Below are positions 38,631 to 48,899 of a stretch of 64,000 bases of DNA, in pieces. The notes beneath the pieces are model-generated. The model worked only from the letters and a program-made list of their open reading frames with translations. It was not told where the DNA came from and did no database searches. Source of the DNA: Candidatus Omnitrophota bacterium (GTDB taxonomy: Bacteria; Omnitrophota; Gorgyraeia; DTHP01); contig JAMWCW010000002.1 of the NCBI GenBank assembly GCA_023819145.1, forward strand, positions 75,231-139,230. Direction: 5' to 3'. Both the position numbers and the translations under genes were made by a program. The stretch's first letter is position 1; every line of letters starts with the position of its first letter.

Positions 38631-39595
38631 CCTCTACCTCCTCTTACTCCTTCCTTAGCTAAAAAACCTGCGCCAATTATTCCTGCATTTTCTTTTAACT
38701 TTGCCTGCACAACCTCTACTCTATTTGCAGGTATCCGCATTGCACGTTCTTTTATGGTGCTTTTTATATTTTCAAACAAAACTTTTCCTGCCCCTGCAAT
38801 CCCTCCACCAATAATAATCATTTCTGGGTTAAGTAGATTAACTATCCCTGCTAAAATTATCCCAATTCTCTTTCCCACATTCTGCCAGATTTCCTTAGCA
38901 AGCAAATCTCCTTTTTTCAAGGCTAAACTCAGAATCTCTGGATTAAGTTTTGAAAAATCATTCTTTATTAAATCAGGTATAATTGTAGGAAGCGGGCCTT
39001 TTTTGATTTTATTTATCGCTTCTTCCACGATATAACGATTACCTACATATCTTTCTAAACAAGCTTTTCCTCCGCAATTGCATAGTGGACCGTGCTCATT
39101 TAAAGGAAAATGCCCAATTTCTCCTGCAGAGAAAGTTGCCCCCCGATAGAGCTTTCCTTCTAAAATCAAACCTCCTCCCACTCCAGTCCCTAAAGTGATA
39201 CAAACAACATTTTTCTTTCCTTTTGCACGACCGGCGTACAATTCTGCTAAAGCCATTATATTGACATCATTATCAATAAAAACCGGAACTTTTAGACAAT
39301 CTTCTAAAATTTTTTTTAAATAAACATTGTCCCATCCAGAAATATTGACTAAATAATAAACTAAACCTCTATAGGGGTCGACCAACCCCGGAACTCCAAT
39401 GCCTATTGCCTGTGGTTTCCTTTTATATCTCTCAATAAAAGAAAAAATAGTTTCTCTAATTGCAAAGATAAGACGAGATTTTTCAAGATAGCAATGGGTA
39501 TCTAACTCGGAGCGTTTGATAATTTTAAGCTTATTATCTAAAATTCCTAATTTTACCTTTGTTGCTCCGATGTCTATTCCAATATAATATTTCAT
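38627..39595 (-). CDS. ROK family sugar kinase (glucokinase-like)
   Basis: [16 protein letters not shown]-terminus, cysteine-rich CNCGGKAC zinc motif. Confidence 0.75.
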   Translation of the reverse strand: MKYYIGIDIGATKVKLGILDNKLKIIKRSELDTHCYLEKSRLIFAIRETIFSFIERYKRKPQAIGIGVPGLVDPYRGLVYYLVNISGWDNVYLKKILEDCLKVPVFIDNDVNIMALAELYAGRAKGKKNVVCITLGTGVGGGLILEGKLYRGATFSAGEIGHFPLNEHGPLCNCGGKACLERYVGNRYIVEEAINKIKKGPLPTIIPDLIKNDFSKLNPEILSLALKKGDLLAKEIWQNVGKRIGIILAGIVNLLNPEMIIIGGGIAGAGKVLFENIKSTIKERAMRIPANRVEVVQAKLKENAGIIGAGFLAKEGVRGGRG

Positions 39596-39648
39596 CTTAA
39601 GAATGAGGAAGTTGAAATTTTAAGAGCAATAAGTATAAATACCTTTGC

Positions 39649-40971
39649 CTATTTAATCTCGTCATAGAATATAACACAATTACGTCCGTGGTTCTTAGCA
39701 AAGTATAAAGCCTTATCCGCGTTAGCAACCAATTGTATTACCGATTCGCCATCTTTTGGGAAAACCGTCCCTCCTATACTGACAGTAACATTAAACTTTT
39801 CTCCATAGGCTTTGAAGGGATATTTCCCTACTGCCTCACGAATCCTCTCGGCAACTATCTTTGCTTCTTCCTCAGCCGTATTGAGCAAAAGCACTGTTAA
39901 CTCTTCTCCTCCATATCTACCAATAAGGTCAATCTCTCTCAAATTTGTCCTCAATATCCGTGCTATCTCTCGCAACACGTAATCACCGGTAAGATGGCCG
40001 TATTGGTCATTGCAATTTTTGAAATGGTCAATGTCAATCATAAGAAAACTAAGAAACATCTTATGTTTTTTAGCTCTCCCCAGTTCTTCTTCAAAAGATT
40101 TAATTATCTCTCTACGCACATAGAGCCCCGTAAGACTATCCGTCGTTGCCATCTTTTCTATCTCTTCGTAAAGAATAACCTTTCTTAATTCCAGAGATAT
40201 TTGCGTGGAGAAGATGGTAAATTTGGAAAAATCTTCCTTTTTTAGACCTTCTAAAAGCAAAAAACCAATTACGGTATTTCCCGAATGCAAAGCAGAAACG
40301 GCAAAAGGAACATCTACTTCTATACCGAAACGCCGTTTAACATCATCGTCATCCTTATCCAGATAAAAAGAGCCTCTTTCACGGTAGATTCTTTCCAGAA
40401 CTTTATAGTGTTCCCTACGAGAAAGATAACTTTCCTTTAAATCATCCGTAAAAAGTGAGGAAATTTCATATATCTTATCTATCTCCAACGCACTAAAATT
40501 ATGGCGTAATATAACCAGAAAACCTTTCTCAAAAGAAAAATTTTTTCGCAAAGTCTTCTGAAGGAATCTAAATATGTCTTCAAAAGAAAGAACTCCGGAC
40601 ATCTCCTTGGTTATTTCATATAAATCTAACATCGTAAAATTGTCTTTTTCTAAATTCCTAATTGTAACTTCGACATCTTCAATTCTTTTCTCCATATCCT
40701 TACAAACAACTTCTAAATGGAGAAATTCTTTCTCCGCTTCTTCCGAAAAATTAAGAGACATTTTCTCAAATCTGTTTACCAAGACGGGAAAGGTAAATAA
40801 TACAAGAGAGAGGCTTAAAAAATACGTACCCCCCTCTACCTTTCTATTGGGCATAAATTCTAAAAATAAAATGACTAGACAAAATATGGCAGTGATAAGA
40901 AAAATCTTCTTGCCCCGCACAATAAAATTCAACAAGAAAAGAATGGGAATTAAAAATATGCCGTAGCTCAT
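39649..40971 (-). CDS. Membrane-anchored GGDEF-domain protein (variant GGEEL motif, RxxD I-site present)
   Basis: ...LREIDLIGRYGGEELTVLL. N-terminal TM helices. Confidence 0.75.
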   Translation of the reverse strand: MSYGIFLIPILFLLNFIVRGKKIFLITAIFCLVILFLEFMPNRKVEGGTYFLSLSLVLFTFPVLVNRFEKMSLNFSEEAEKEFLHLEVVCKDMEKRIEDVEVTIRNLEKDNFTMLDLYEITKEMSGVLSFEDIFRFLQKTLRKNFSFEKGFLVILRHNFSALEIDKIYEISSLFTDDLKESYLSRREHYKVLERIYRERGSFYLDKDDDDVKRRFGIEVDVPFAVSALHSGNTVIGFLLLEGLKKEDFSKFTIFSTQISLELRKVILYEEIEKMATTDSLTGLYVRREIIKSFEEELGRAKKHKMFLSFLMIDIDHFKNCNDQYGHLTGDYVLREIARILRTNLREIDLIGRYGGEELTVLLLNTAEEEAKIVAERIREAVGKYPFKAYGEKFNVTVSIGGTVFPKDGESVIQLVANADKALYFAKNHGRNCVIFYDEIK

Positions 40972-42401
40972 TTTATCCCTCGGTAAGCAATACGATTTCT
41001 TCCTTGTGCTTTAGCAGAATATAAACACTCGTCTGCTTTATGTATAATTTCCTCTTTGGTTTTACCATCATAGGGATAAATTGCTATTCCTATAGAAATA
41101 GTTACATGCGTTGCTTCCCGACGCAGGTAAAAAATCTCTCTGTCCACTCTTTCCCTTATTTCTTCGGCAAATCTGATTGCTCTTTCTTTTCCTGAATCTC
41201 CCAAAACCACCAAAAATTCCTCTCCACCATAACGCACTGCAAAATCATTCTGGGTAATATTAGAACTAAGTATCCTTGCTATCTTCTTAAGCATAATATC
41301 TCCCGCAATATGCCCATAACGGTCATTGTAATCTTTAAAATAATCAAGGTCCAGTATTAAAACAGAAAATTCTTTTGATTTAACCATTAATTCTTCTAAA
41401 CGGCTATAAAGATATCGGGGTAAAAAGAGATTAGTTAAACCGTCGCGTTTAGCTAACTCCTCTGTCTTCTGATAAAGATAGGCATTCTCTACTCCTACCG
41501 ACACCAAATCAGAAAAAATATCCAACATTCTTAAGTCGTCAGGAGTAAAACTGGCTGGCAAAGAAGATTCTAAACGCACCACCCCCAATAATCTATCTTC
41601 AGAACTTAAAGGGCAGGCAAGCAGAGCACGAAAATCTCTTTTAGTTTCTTCTACCGCGGAAGAAAAACGAAAATCCTTTTGGACATCGTTAACTATTAAA
41701 TTGCCTTTCTCTCTAAGTAGCCAACGGTCAAATATATCAAGCTGTAATTCTCTATCCTGAGGGCCGTAATCGGTTTTTAAGAAAAAGGAGACAACCTTGG
41801 GATTCTCTATCTCTATGCCCTCTTCTTCTACTAAATATATCAGAACATTTTCTGCTTTAGGGATTATTTCGCCAATTCTTGCACCTGCCGATTGGATTAT
41901 CTTGACCAGATCTAAAGTCGTGCTAAATTCATCTGCCATGAGTTTCAAACGGTAAAATCTCTCAAATCTCTTTGTGAGTGCTGATTTAACTTTGTTTTTA
42001 TCCTCGATATCAGCGGATAAAAGAGCAATTCTATTTCTTAAATTATTAATTTTTCCCTTATAAATTTTAATATGGGAAACAAACCCCACGCGTTTGATAC
42101 CGGATAAAACTCCGGCACTAAAAGCTATCCCGATTAAAGGGAGAATGTAATTTGTTTGATAATACTGGAGAAACCTCTGGCTGAAAAGAATAATTACTAA
42201 AAAATAAAAAAAACCAAAAATATTCCCAAAGGTAAAGACGGTAAAGGAAATCAATGGTGCAAACAAAATAAATAAAGCCATCACTTTATCTTCTAATCCA
42301 GGACCTTGAATCCAAAGTTCTCGTTCTATGAGAAAAAAAATAAGAAAAGAAGAAAATAGAACGATAAAGCCGTTTAGCAACCTTGACCATTTTAATGCCA
42401 T
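40968..42401 (-). CDS. Membrane-anchored GAF-GGDEF diguanylate cyclase (canonical GGEEF, no RxxD I-site)
   Basis: ...NDFAVRYGGEEFLVVL. A GAF-like region is upstream. At least 4 TM helices at the N-terminus. Confidence 0.8.
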   Translation of the reverse strand: MALKWSRLLNGFIVLFSSFLIFFLIERELWIQGPGLEDKVMALFILFAPLISFTVFTFGNIFGFFYFLVIILFSQRFLQYYQTNYILPLIGIAFSAGVLSGIKRVGFVSHIKIYKGKINNLRNRIALLSADIEDKNKVKSALTKRFERFYRLKLMADEFSTTLDLVKIIQSAGARIGEIIPKAENVLIYLVEEEGIEIENPKVVSFFLKTDYGPQDRELQLDIFDRWLLREKGNLIVNDVQKDFRFSSAVEETKRDFRALLACPLSSEDRLLGVVRLESSLPASFTPDDLRMLDIFSDLVSVGVENAYLYQKTEELAKRDGLTNLFLPRYLYSRLEELMVKSKEFSVLILDLDYFKDYNDRYGHIAGDIMLKKIARILSSNITQNDFAVRYGGEEFLVVLGDSGKERAIRFAEEIRERVDREIFYLRREATHVTISIGIAIYPYDGKTKEEIIHKADECLYSAKAQGRNRIAYRGIK

Positions 42402-42407
42402 TATAAT

Positions 42408-43514
42408 TTAAACCAATGCTTTCTCGGTATCTTTATCAAAGAAATGGACCTTATTCATGTCTAAAACTACTTCTATCTTCTGATTTACTTGAGGGGGTTG
42501 AGTTATTCCTCCTATCCGGGCAATAAGTATATTTCTACCTGTATTAAGGTAGAGATAAATTTCTGAACCCATTGGTTCTACAATGTCCACCAAGACATTT
42601 ATTGTATTCTCGGGAGTAGAATGGGTGGTAAAAAATTTATCGTAGATGTCCTCTGCCCTTATCCCCAAAATAATCTCTTTACCCACATAGTTCTTTAAAG
42701 CTTCAATCATATGTTCAAGAATCCTCACCTTAAATCCACCTTCATCAAAAAAGTATTTGCCATTATGCTCCACTAATCTTCCTTGAATAAAATTCATCGG
42801 AGGAGTTCCAATAAAGGAGGCAACAAATTTATTCACGGGATGACTATACAAGGTCAATGGATCGGCTACCTGCTGGATAATTCCATCCTTCATGACCACA
42901 ATGCGTGAACCAAGAGTCATTGCTTCCACCTGGTCATGGGTAACATAAATCATTGTTGTTTGTAGGCGATTATGCAGTTTGTTCAATTCAGCACGCATCT
43001 GAACTCTCAACTTAGCATCGAGATTACTAAGCGGTTCATCAAACAAAAAGACTAAAGGCTTACGCACAATTGCTCTTCCTACCGCCCCGCGTTGTTTCTC
43101 TCCGCCAGAGAGCTCTTTGGGTTTTCTGCCGAGGAGTTGGTGTATTCCTAAAATCTTCGCTGCCTCCATTACCCGTTCCTTTATCTGGGATTTCGCATAA
43201 CCTCTTAATCTTAAACCGAAAGCCATGTTATCGTAAACACTCATATGAGGATAAAGAGCATAGTTTTGAAAAACCATGGCAATATTTCTATCCTTAGGAG
43301 GAACATCATTAACCAACTTATCTCCAATATAAATCTCGCCCGAGGTAACTTCTTCTAACCCTGCAATCATTCTCAAAGTGGTAGATTTCCCACAACCGGA
43401 AGGCCCAACAATCACAATGAATTCTTTACTCTCCACACCTAAATTGAAATCTTTTACTGCATTTACTCCACCGGGAAAAATTTTATGCACATGTCTTAAA
43501 CTTACCTGCGCCAT
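42408..43514 (-). CDS. Sugar ABC transporter ATP-binding protein (MalK/UgpC/MsmK family), orphan
   Basis: Walker A GPSGCGKST, LSGGEKQR signature, C-terminal TOBE-like domain. No permease or substrate-binding protein genes adjacent. Confidence 0.85.
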   Translation of the reverse strand: MAQVSLRHVHKIFPGGVNAVKDFNLGVESKEFIVIVGPSGCGKSTTLRMIAGLEEVTSGEIYIGDKLVNDVPPKDRNIAMVFQNYALYPHMSVYDNMAFGLRLRGYAKSQIKERVMEAAKILGIHQLLGRKPKELSGGEKQRGAVGRAIVRKPLVFLFDEPLSNLDAKLRVQMRAELNKLHNRLQTTMIYVTHDQVEAMTLGSRIVVMKDGIIQQVADPLTLYSHPVNKFVASFIGTPPMNFIQGRLVEHNGKYFFDEGGFKVRILEHMIEALKNYVGKEIILGIRAEDIYDKFFTTHSTPENTINVLVDIVEPMGSEIYLYLNTGRNILIARIGGITQPPQVNQKIEVVLDMNKVHFFDKDTEKALV

Positions 43515-43571
43515 ATCCCTCCTTCGCTGATAATCTTTTAACTAAAAAACTATCTAAATTATTTGCTACCT

Positions 43572-44414
43572 TTAGCCAAAATAATCAATGAGATTTATTA
43601 AAGTTTGTTTCAAGTCACGACGATGCACAATCATATCAATTAGTCCGTGTTCCAGAAGAAATTCTGAGCGTTGAAATCCAGGAGGCAATACTTGATGAAT
43701 TGTTTGTTCAATAACCCGCGGACCAGTGAAGCCAATGAGAGCTCGTGGTTCAGCAATCAATACATCACCTAAACTGGCAAAAGAAGCAAGCACCCCTGCC
43801 ATCGTAGGATTGGTCAAAATAGAGATAAAACATAGTCCTGCACGGTGAAAATGAGAAAGCGCCGCAGAGGTTTTAGCCATTTGCATCAGCGAAATCATCC
43901 CTTCCTGCATCCTTGCACCACCGCCTGAACCGGAAACTATAATCAAAGGGCATTTTTTTTTCAACGCATGCTCTATACTACGGGTAATTTTCTCTCCTAC
44001 CACCGACCCCATCGAACCCATCATAAACCGAGAATCGGTAACCGCCATTACCGTCCTTCTACCCTCTATGGTTCCTTCTCCACTAACTACCGCATCTTTT
44101 AGACCTGTAGCCTTTTGGTCCTTTAATAATTTCTCACTATAACTAACGGGACCTTTAAATTCCAAAGCATCAACCGAAGAAAGCGCACCATCCAATTCTT
44201 TAAAACTATCTTTATCTAAAAGAAGATTGATGCGTTCAGGTGCAGTGAGCACAAAATGATAATTGCATTTAGGACAAACCTTGAAATTTTCCTCCAACGT
44301 CTTATTATAAATAATCTCTCCGCAATCTTCGCACTTTGTCCAGAGCCCCTCAGGAATCTCTTTACGTTTAGCAACTTTAACCAGAGTATATTTTGGTCTT
44401 CTAAATATCGCCAT
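43572..44414 (-). CDS. accD: Acetyl-CoA carboxylase carboxyltransferase beta subunit
   Basis: N-terminal Zn-ribbon CEDCGEII...CPKCNYH and the carboxyltransferase domain. Confidence 0.9.
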   Translation of the reverse strand: MAIFRRPKYTLVKVAKRKEIPEGLWTKCEDCGEIIYNKTLEENFKVCPKCNYHFVLTAPERINLLLDKDSFKELDGALSSVDALEFKGPVSYSEKLLKDQKATGLKDAVVSGEGTIEGRRTVMAVTDSRFMMGSMGSVVGEKITRSIEHALKKKCPLIIVSGSGGGARMQEGMISLMQMAKTSAALSHFHRAGLCFISILTNPTMAGVLASFASLGDVLIAEPRALIGFTGPRVIEQTIHQVLPPGFQRSEFLLEHGLIDMIVHRRDLKQTLINLIDYFG

Positions 44415-44459
44415 GGTTCAAAGTTTAAAATACAAAAATCAGAATTTTAATTATTCTAT

Positions 44460-44533
44460 TGCCCCAAGGAGGATTCGAACCTCCGACACGAGGTTTAGGA
44501 AACCTCTGCTCTATCCATCTGAGCTACTGGGGC
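44460..44533 (-). tRNA. tRNA-Arg (anticodon CCT)
   Basis: Minus-strand sequence GCCCCAGTAGCTCAGATGGATAGAGCAGAGGTTTCCTAAACCTCGTGTCGGAGGTTCGAATCCTCCTTGGGGCA. It folds into a 7/4/5/5-bp cloverleaf with anticodon loop TTCCTAA, a GGTTCGAATCC T-arm and discriminator A. No encoded CCA. Confidence 0.8.
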
Positions 44534-44557
44534 GGAAATAAATTGTTAAATTGCTTT

Positions 44558-45079
44558 TTAATATTTTATCAAAGAGAAAACTGGGTATTTCTTTAGTTTT
44601 TCACGGCCATTGAGTGCAGTAAGCTCAATGAGGAAAGCACATTCCACAATATTCCCATTAAGTTTTTTCATCAATTCCGTGACTGCCTTTACTGTCCCTC
44701 CAGTAGCCAAAAGGTCATCAACAATGAGCACACGCTGTCCCTTCTTTACAGCATCCTTATGTGCACACAGAGTATCCTCACCATACTCTAAAGAATAAGA
44801 AACCTCCACAGTTTTAGCAGGAAGTTTCCCTCTTTTCCTTATAGGAACAAACCCCGCCCCTAATTTATAAGCCAATACCGAACCAAAGATAAACCCTCTT
44901 GCCTCTACCGCTACCACCAATTCTATGTTCTTATTTCTGTAACGCCGATAAAAGATATCGATGACTTTTTTAAAAATAGAGGGTTCTTTTAAAAGCGTAG
45001 TTATATCACGAAAAATAATTCCTTTTTTAGGAAAGTTGGCAATATTACGAATATATTTTTTAAGATTATCTCCTCCCAT
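44558..45079 (-). CDS. apt: Adenine phosphoribosyltransferase
   Basis: [17 protein letters not shown]-binding motif, 173 aa. Confidence 0.9.
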   Translation of the reverse strand: MGGDNLKKYIRNIANFPKKGIIFRDITTLLKEPSIFKKVIDIFYRRYRNKNIELVVAVEARGFIFGSVLAYKLGAGFVPIRKRGKLPAKTVEVSYSLEYGEDTLCAHKDAVKKGQRVLIVDDLLATGGTVKAVTELMKKLNGNIVECAFLIELTALNGREKLKKYPVFSLIKY

Positions 45080-46007
45080 AAACCCTTTTATTTTTATTTT
45101 TATTTTTATTTTTAACTATCTTTAATCCTTTTTCTCTACGTCTACATAGTTCTTTTTTCTCTTCTTCTCTAAGTCTTTTTTCTACATAAGAGATTTTCTT
45201 TATTTGTTCCGAAGTTAGTAGTTTGTGTAACTTTTTGAGCGCATTCTCTTCAATCTGTCTCACCCTTTCCCTGCTTATAGAGAATTTCTTCGCCACCTCA
45301 CTTAAAGAATGTGTTACTCCTCCTATAAAACCAAAACGCATGCTCAAAATTTCCCTTTCTCTGTCAGGCATCATACCCAATAGCTCAGTTATTTTCTCGT
45401 GATGGAATAAACTTACTAGTTCATCTATGGCATTCTTTGAAGTAAGATCTTCCAGAAGGTCAACAAATTCTGTAGAGCTTTCTTCAGGTAAGACCATGCG
45501 ATCGAGCGAACTTGAACGAACGGAAAGTTCCGTTATCTCTTTTACTTTCTGCACCGAGATTCCCATCTCTTTAGCAATTTCCTTATCCGTAGGCTTGCGC
45601 CCAAATTTGTGAGAAAGTTTCTCATTAATCTTTCGCAACTTACTAATCATCTCGTTCATGTAGACAGGAAGTCTCACTACTCTTGCCTGATTAGCTATCG
45701 CTCTTGTTATATACTGTCTTATCCACCAAGCAGCATAGGTAGAAAAACGGTATCCCTTATTGGGATTAAACTTTGCCACCGCACGCATCAACCCAATGTT
45801 ACCCTCTTCGATCAAATCAGTCAAAGGCAGTCCCAAATAGCTGTATTTCTTTGCCATATTTATCACCAGAGGTAAGTTAGCATGAATAAGCCTATCACGT
45901 GCAATTCTATCTCCACGTTTTGCACGTCGGGCAATTTTAAACTCTTCCTCCGCACTCAAGCGTTCTACATTCTTTATATCCCTTAAATAAGCTTTAATCG
46001 GCTCCAT
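45066..46007 (-). CDS. RNA polymerase sigma factor, sigma-70 family (regions 2-4) with a C-terminal (NK)n tail
   Basis: Region 2 motifs are present ([16 protein letters not shown]...YAAWWIRQ...). Also present is a region 4 HTH. Confidence 0.85.
   Translation of the reverse strand: MEPIKAYLRDIKNVERLSAEEEFKIARRAKRGDRIARDRLIHANLPLVINMAKKYSYLGLPLTDLIEEGNIGLMRAVAKFNPNKGYRFSTYAAWWIRQYITRAIANQARVVRLPVYMNEMISKLRKINEKLSHKFGRKPTDKEIAKEMGISVQKVKEITELSVRSSSLDRMVLPEESSTEFVDLLEDLTSKNAIDELVSLFHHEKITELLGMMPDREREILSMRFGFIGGVTHSLSEVAKKFSISRERVRQIEENALKKLHKLLTSEQIKKISYVEKRLREEEKKELCRRREKGLKIVKNKNKNKNKRVYGRR
45085..45114. repeat. (TTTTTA)5 hexanucleotide tandem repeat inside the sigma-factor 3' coding region
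   Basis: ctttta ttttta ttttta ttttta ttttta, read directly from the sequence. Encodes NKNKNKNK. Confidence 0.8.
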
Positions 46008-46018
46008 ATCTTACCTTA

Positions 46019-48760
46019 CTACTTATTTCTCGCATCCTCAAGAACCGCCTGTGCTGCAGCCAACTTAGCAATAGGAACCCGAAAAGGAGAACAACTCACA
46101 TAATCCATGCCTACCCGATGACAGAATTTAACCGATTGTGGCTCACCTCCATGCTCGCCACAAATCCCGACTTTTAAGTTAGGTCTGACTCTTCTGCCAC
46201 GTTCAATTCCTGTCCTAATAAGTTCACCTATACCCTCTTCATCAATGGTCTGGAAAGGGTCATTGTTGAGTATACCCTTTTCCAGATAATCAGGCAAAAA
46301 AGCTCCGATGTCATCACGAGAGAACCCAAACCCCATTTGGGTAAGGTCGTTAGTTCCAAAAGAGAAAAATTCTGCTACTTCAGCAATCCTGTGAGCAAGG
46401 AGACTGGCACGGGGAATTTCAATCATCGTTCCTACCAAATAGTCAATCTTTTTGACATTAAATTTGGTAATGACTTCTTTGTAAACTCGTTTCACAATCT
46501 CAAATTGATGAACAAATTCTTTCATATCTGAAACTACGGGTATCATAATCTCAGGATAAGTTCTTTTACCTTCTTTTATCAATTCACAAGAGGCTTCAAA
46601 AATTGCCCTTATCTGTGTCTCGCTAATCTCGGGATAGGTTATGCCCAAACGCACCCCCCGATGCCCCATCATCGGATTTGACTCTTTTAGACCATCCGCT
46701 CTCTTCTCTAATTCTTCAAATGAGATGTTTAAACTTTTGGCTAAATTCTCCAATTGTTCTCTCTGATGAGGAACGAATTCGTGAAGAGGCGGATCAATAA
46801 GTCTGATGGTTACCGGAAGTCCTTCCATCGCAAGAAGGGTATTTTTTATATCTTCCTTCATATAAGGAAACAGTTCTTGCAAAGCAGAACGCCGTTCTTC
46901 TTCTGTACGGGAAATTATCATCTTTCTTAAAATAAAGAGTGGAATTTCTGAACCTTTTCCATAAAACATATGTTCGGTGCGGAAAAGCCCAATCCCCTCT
47001 GCCCCAAAAGAACGAGCGCGCTTAGCATCTTCAGGGGTATCTGCATTGGTACGGATTTTTAATCTCCTCACCTTATCACAGATTTTAAGAAAACTGTTAA
47101 GAAGTTCGTTCTCACTAGAGGCGTCAATCATCGCAAGCTTTCCTTCGTAAACGTATCCTTTTGTTCCGTTAAGGGTAATCCAATCACCTTCTTTAATCGT
47201 TTTACCATCCACGTTAAATTCTTTCTTTTCATAGTCTATCTCTATCTCTCCGCATCCTACAATACAACATTTTCCCCAACCGCGGGCAACCAGAGCAGCG
47301 TGAGAAGTCATTCCTCCGCGAGCAGTGAGAATTGCCTCCGCAGCACGCATTCCCTCTACGTCTTCGGGATTGGTTTCTTCTCTAACAAGAATAACCTTCT
47401 TCCCTTCCTTTACCCAATTTACTGCCTCCTGAGCGGAAAAAACCACCTGTCCCATTGCTCCTCCGGGACCAGCAGGAAGTCCTTTAGCCAAAGGCTTGCG
47501 TTTTGCTTCTTCTTTGGGGTCAATTATAGGGTGAAGTAATTCATCCAACTGCTGGGGTGTAACCCGATAAACTGCCATTTCTTTAGTAATCAATCTTTCT
47601 TTATACATATCGACTGCCATTTTTACCGCCGCTAATCCATTACGCTTACCCACACGACACTGAAGGATAAAAAGCCTTCCTTTTTCGATTGTAAATTCAA
47701 TATCCTGCATATCCCGATAATGTTTCTCCAACCTTTTCTGAATCTGAAAAAGTTGTTGGTAAAGTTTAGGCATCGCTTCTTCTAGGGTCTTTAAATGACG
47801 ATTATACTCACTCCGTGAATATTCATTTAGGGGAGCGGGGGTACGTATGCCCGCGACCACATCTTCTCCTTGGGCATTAATGAGATATTCTCCGTAGAAT
47901 TGGTTCTCACCATTGCCGGGATTACGGGTAAAAGCTACACCCGTAGCAGAAGTATCATCTAAATTTCCAAAAACCATAGTTTGAACATTTACAGCAGTAC
48001 CCCAATCATCAGGAATATGTTCGATTTTACGATAAGCTACGGCTCGCTTTCCATTCCAAGAAGCAAAAACTGCACCTATTGCCTGCCAGAGTTGAACATT
48101 GGGATCATCAGGAAAATCTTTTTTAAGGACTTCCTTTATTTTTGCCTTGAAAAGAGAACATAACTTTTTCAAGTCTTCAGCATCTAAGTCGGTATCGGAG
48201 CTAATTCCTTTTGCTTTCTTTAAATCTTGCATAATCCTCTCTAACTGTTTGCGAATACCCAACTCTTCACTTTCGGGTTCAATACCCTGAGCCTTTTCCA
48301 TTACCACGTCTGAATACATCATAAGAAGTCGGCGATAGGCATCATAAACAAAACGTTCATTTCCTTTACTTTGTTTAATCAATCCGGGAATGGTTTTCTC
48401 GGTTAGTCCAACATTGAGCACTGTTTCCATCATACCCGGCATAGAACGTCTTGCTCCCGAACGCACAGAAACAAGTAAAGGATTTTGCGAATCTCCGAAT
48501 TTCCTACCCATAAGTTTCTCTATATTCCGCATAGCTTTATCGACCTGTTCTTTCAGCCCCTCAGGATATTTCTTTTTATGCTTATAATAATAAGTGCAGA
48601 CTTCGGTTGTAATAGTAAAACCCGGAGGAACAGGAAGTTTTAAGTCAGGATGCCCTGCCATCTCCGCGAGATTTGCTCCCTTACCTCCTAAGAGTTCTTT
48701 CATCTTCTCATTTCCATCAGCTTTACCTCCTCCAAAAAAGTAAACATATTTCTTACTCAT
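46019..48760 (-). CDS. ppdK: Pyruvate, phosphate dikinase
   Basis: MSKKYVYFFGGGKADGNEKMKELLGGKGANLAEM, the phosphohistidine domain GGMTSHAALVARGWG, and the C-terminal PEP-utilising domain. A strong SD (AAGGAGGGG) lies upstream. Confidence 0.95.
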   Translation of the reverse strand: MSKKYVYFFGGGKADGNEKMKELLGGKGANLAEMAGHPDLKLPVPPGFTITTEVCTYYYKHKKKYPEGLKEQVDKAMRNIEKLMGRKFGDSQNPLLVSVRSGARRSMPGMMETVLNVGLTEKTIPGLIKQSKGNERFVYDAYRRLLMMYSDVVMEKAQGIEPESEELGIRKQLERIMQDLKKAKGISSDTDLDAEDLKKLCSLFKAKIKEVLKKDFPDDPNVQLWQAIGAVFASWNGKRAVAYRKIEHIPDDWGTAVNVQTMVFGNLDDTSATGVAFTRNPGNGENQFYGEYLINAQGEDVVAGIRTPAPLNEYSRSEYNRHLKTLEEAMPKLYQQLFQIQKRLEKHYRDMQDIEFTIEKGRLFILQCRVGKRNGLAAVKMAVDMYKERLITKEMAVYRVTPQQLDELLHPIIDPKEEAKRKPLAKGLPAGPGGAMGQVVFSAQEAVNWVKEGKKVILVREETNPEDVEGMRAAEAILTARGGMTSHAALVARGWGKCCIVGCGEIEIDYEKKEFNVDGKTIKEGDWITLNGTKGYVYEGKLAMIDASSENELLNSFLKICDKVRRLKIRTNADTPEDAKRARSFGAEGIGLFRTEHMFYGKGSEIPLFILRKMIISRTEEERRSALQELFPYMKEDIKNTLLAMEGLPVTIRLIDPPLHEFVPHQREQLENLAKSLNISFEELEKRADGLKESNPMMGHRGVRLGITYPEISETQIRAIFEASCELIKEGKRTYPEIMIPVVSDMKEFVHQFEIVKRVYKEVITKFNVKKIDYLVGTMIEIPRASLLAHRIAEVAEFFSFGTNDLTQMGFGFSRDDIGAFLPDYLEKGILNNDPFQTIDEEGIGELIRTGIERGRRVRPNLKVGICGEHGGEPQSVKFCHRVGMDYVSCSPFRVPIAKLAAAQAVLEDARNK

Positions 48761-48805
48761 CGTTAGAAAACCCCTCCTTTCTAAAAATTACGTTAACTCT
48801 GGTGT

Positions 48806-48850
48806 GTTCGTTTTGTTCGTTAGGTTCGTTGTGTTTGTTAGTTTCGTCAA
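48806..48850. repeat. Five tandem 9-nt units GTTCGTTTT / GTTCGTTAG / GTTCGTTGT / GTTTGTTAG / TTTCGTCAA in the ppdK upstream region
   Basis: Direct reading of the sequence gives strict 9-nt periodicity. A related array lies at 61936..61971. Confidence 0.7.
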
Positions 48851-48899
48851 TTCCGGTAAACAAAAATGCACATCACATAAAGAACTGAACAAAACAGCT

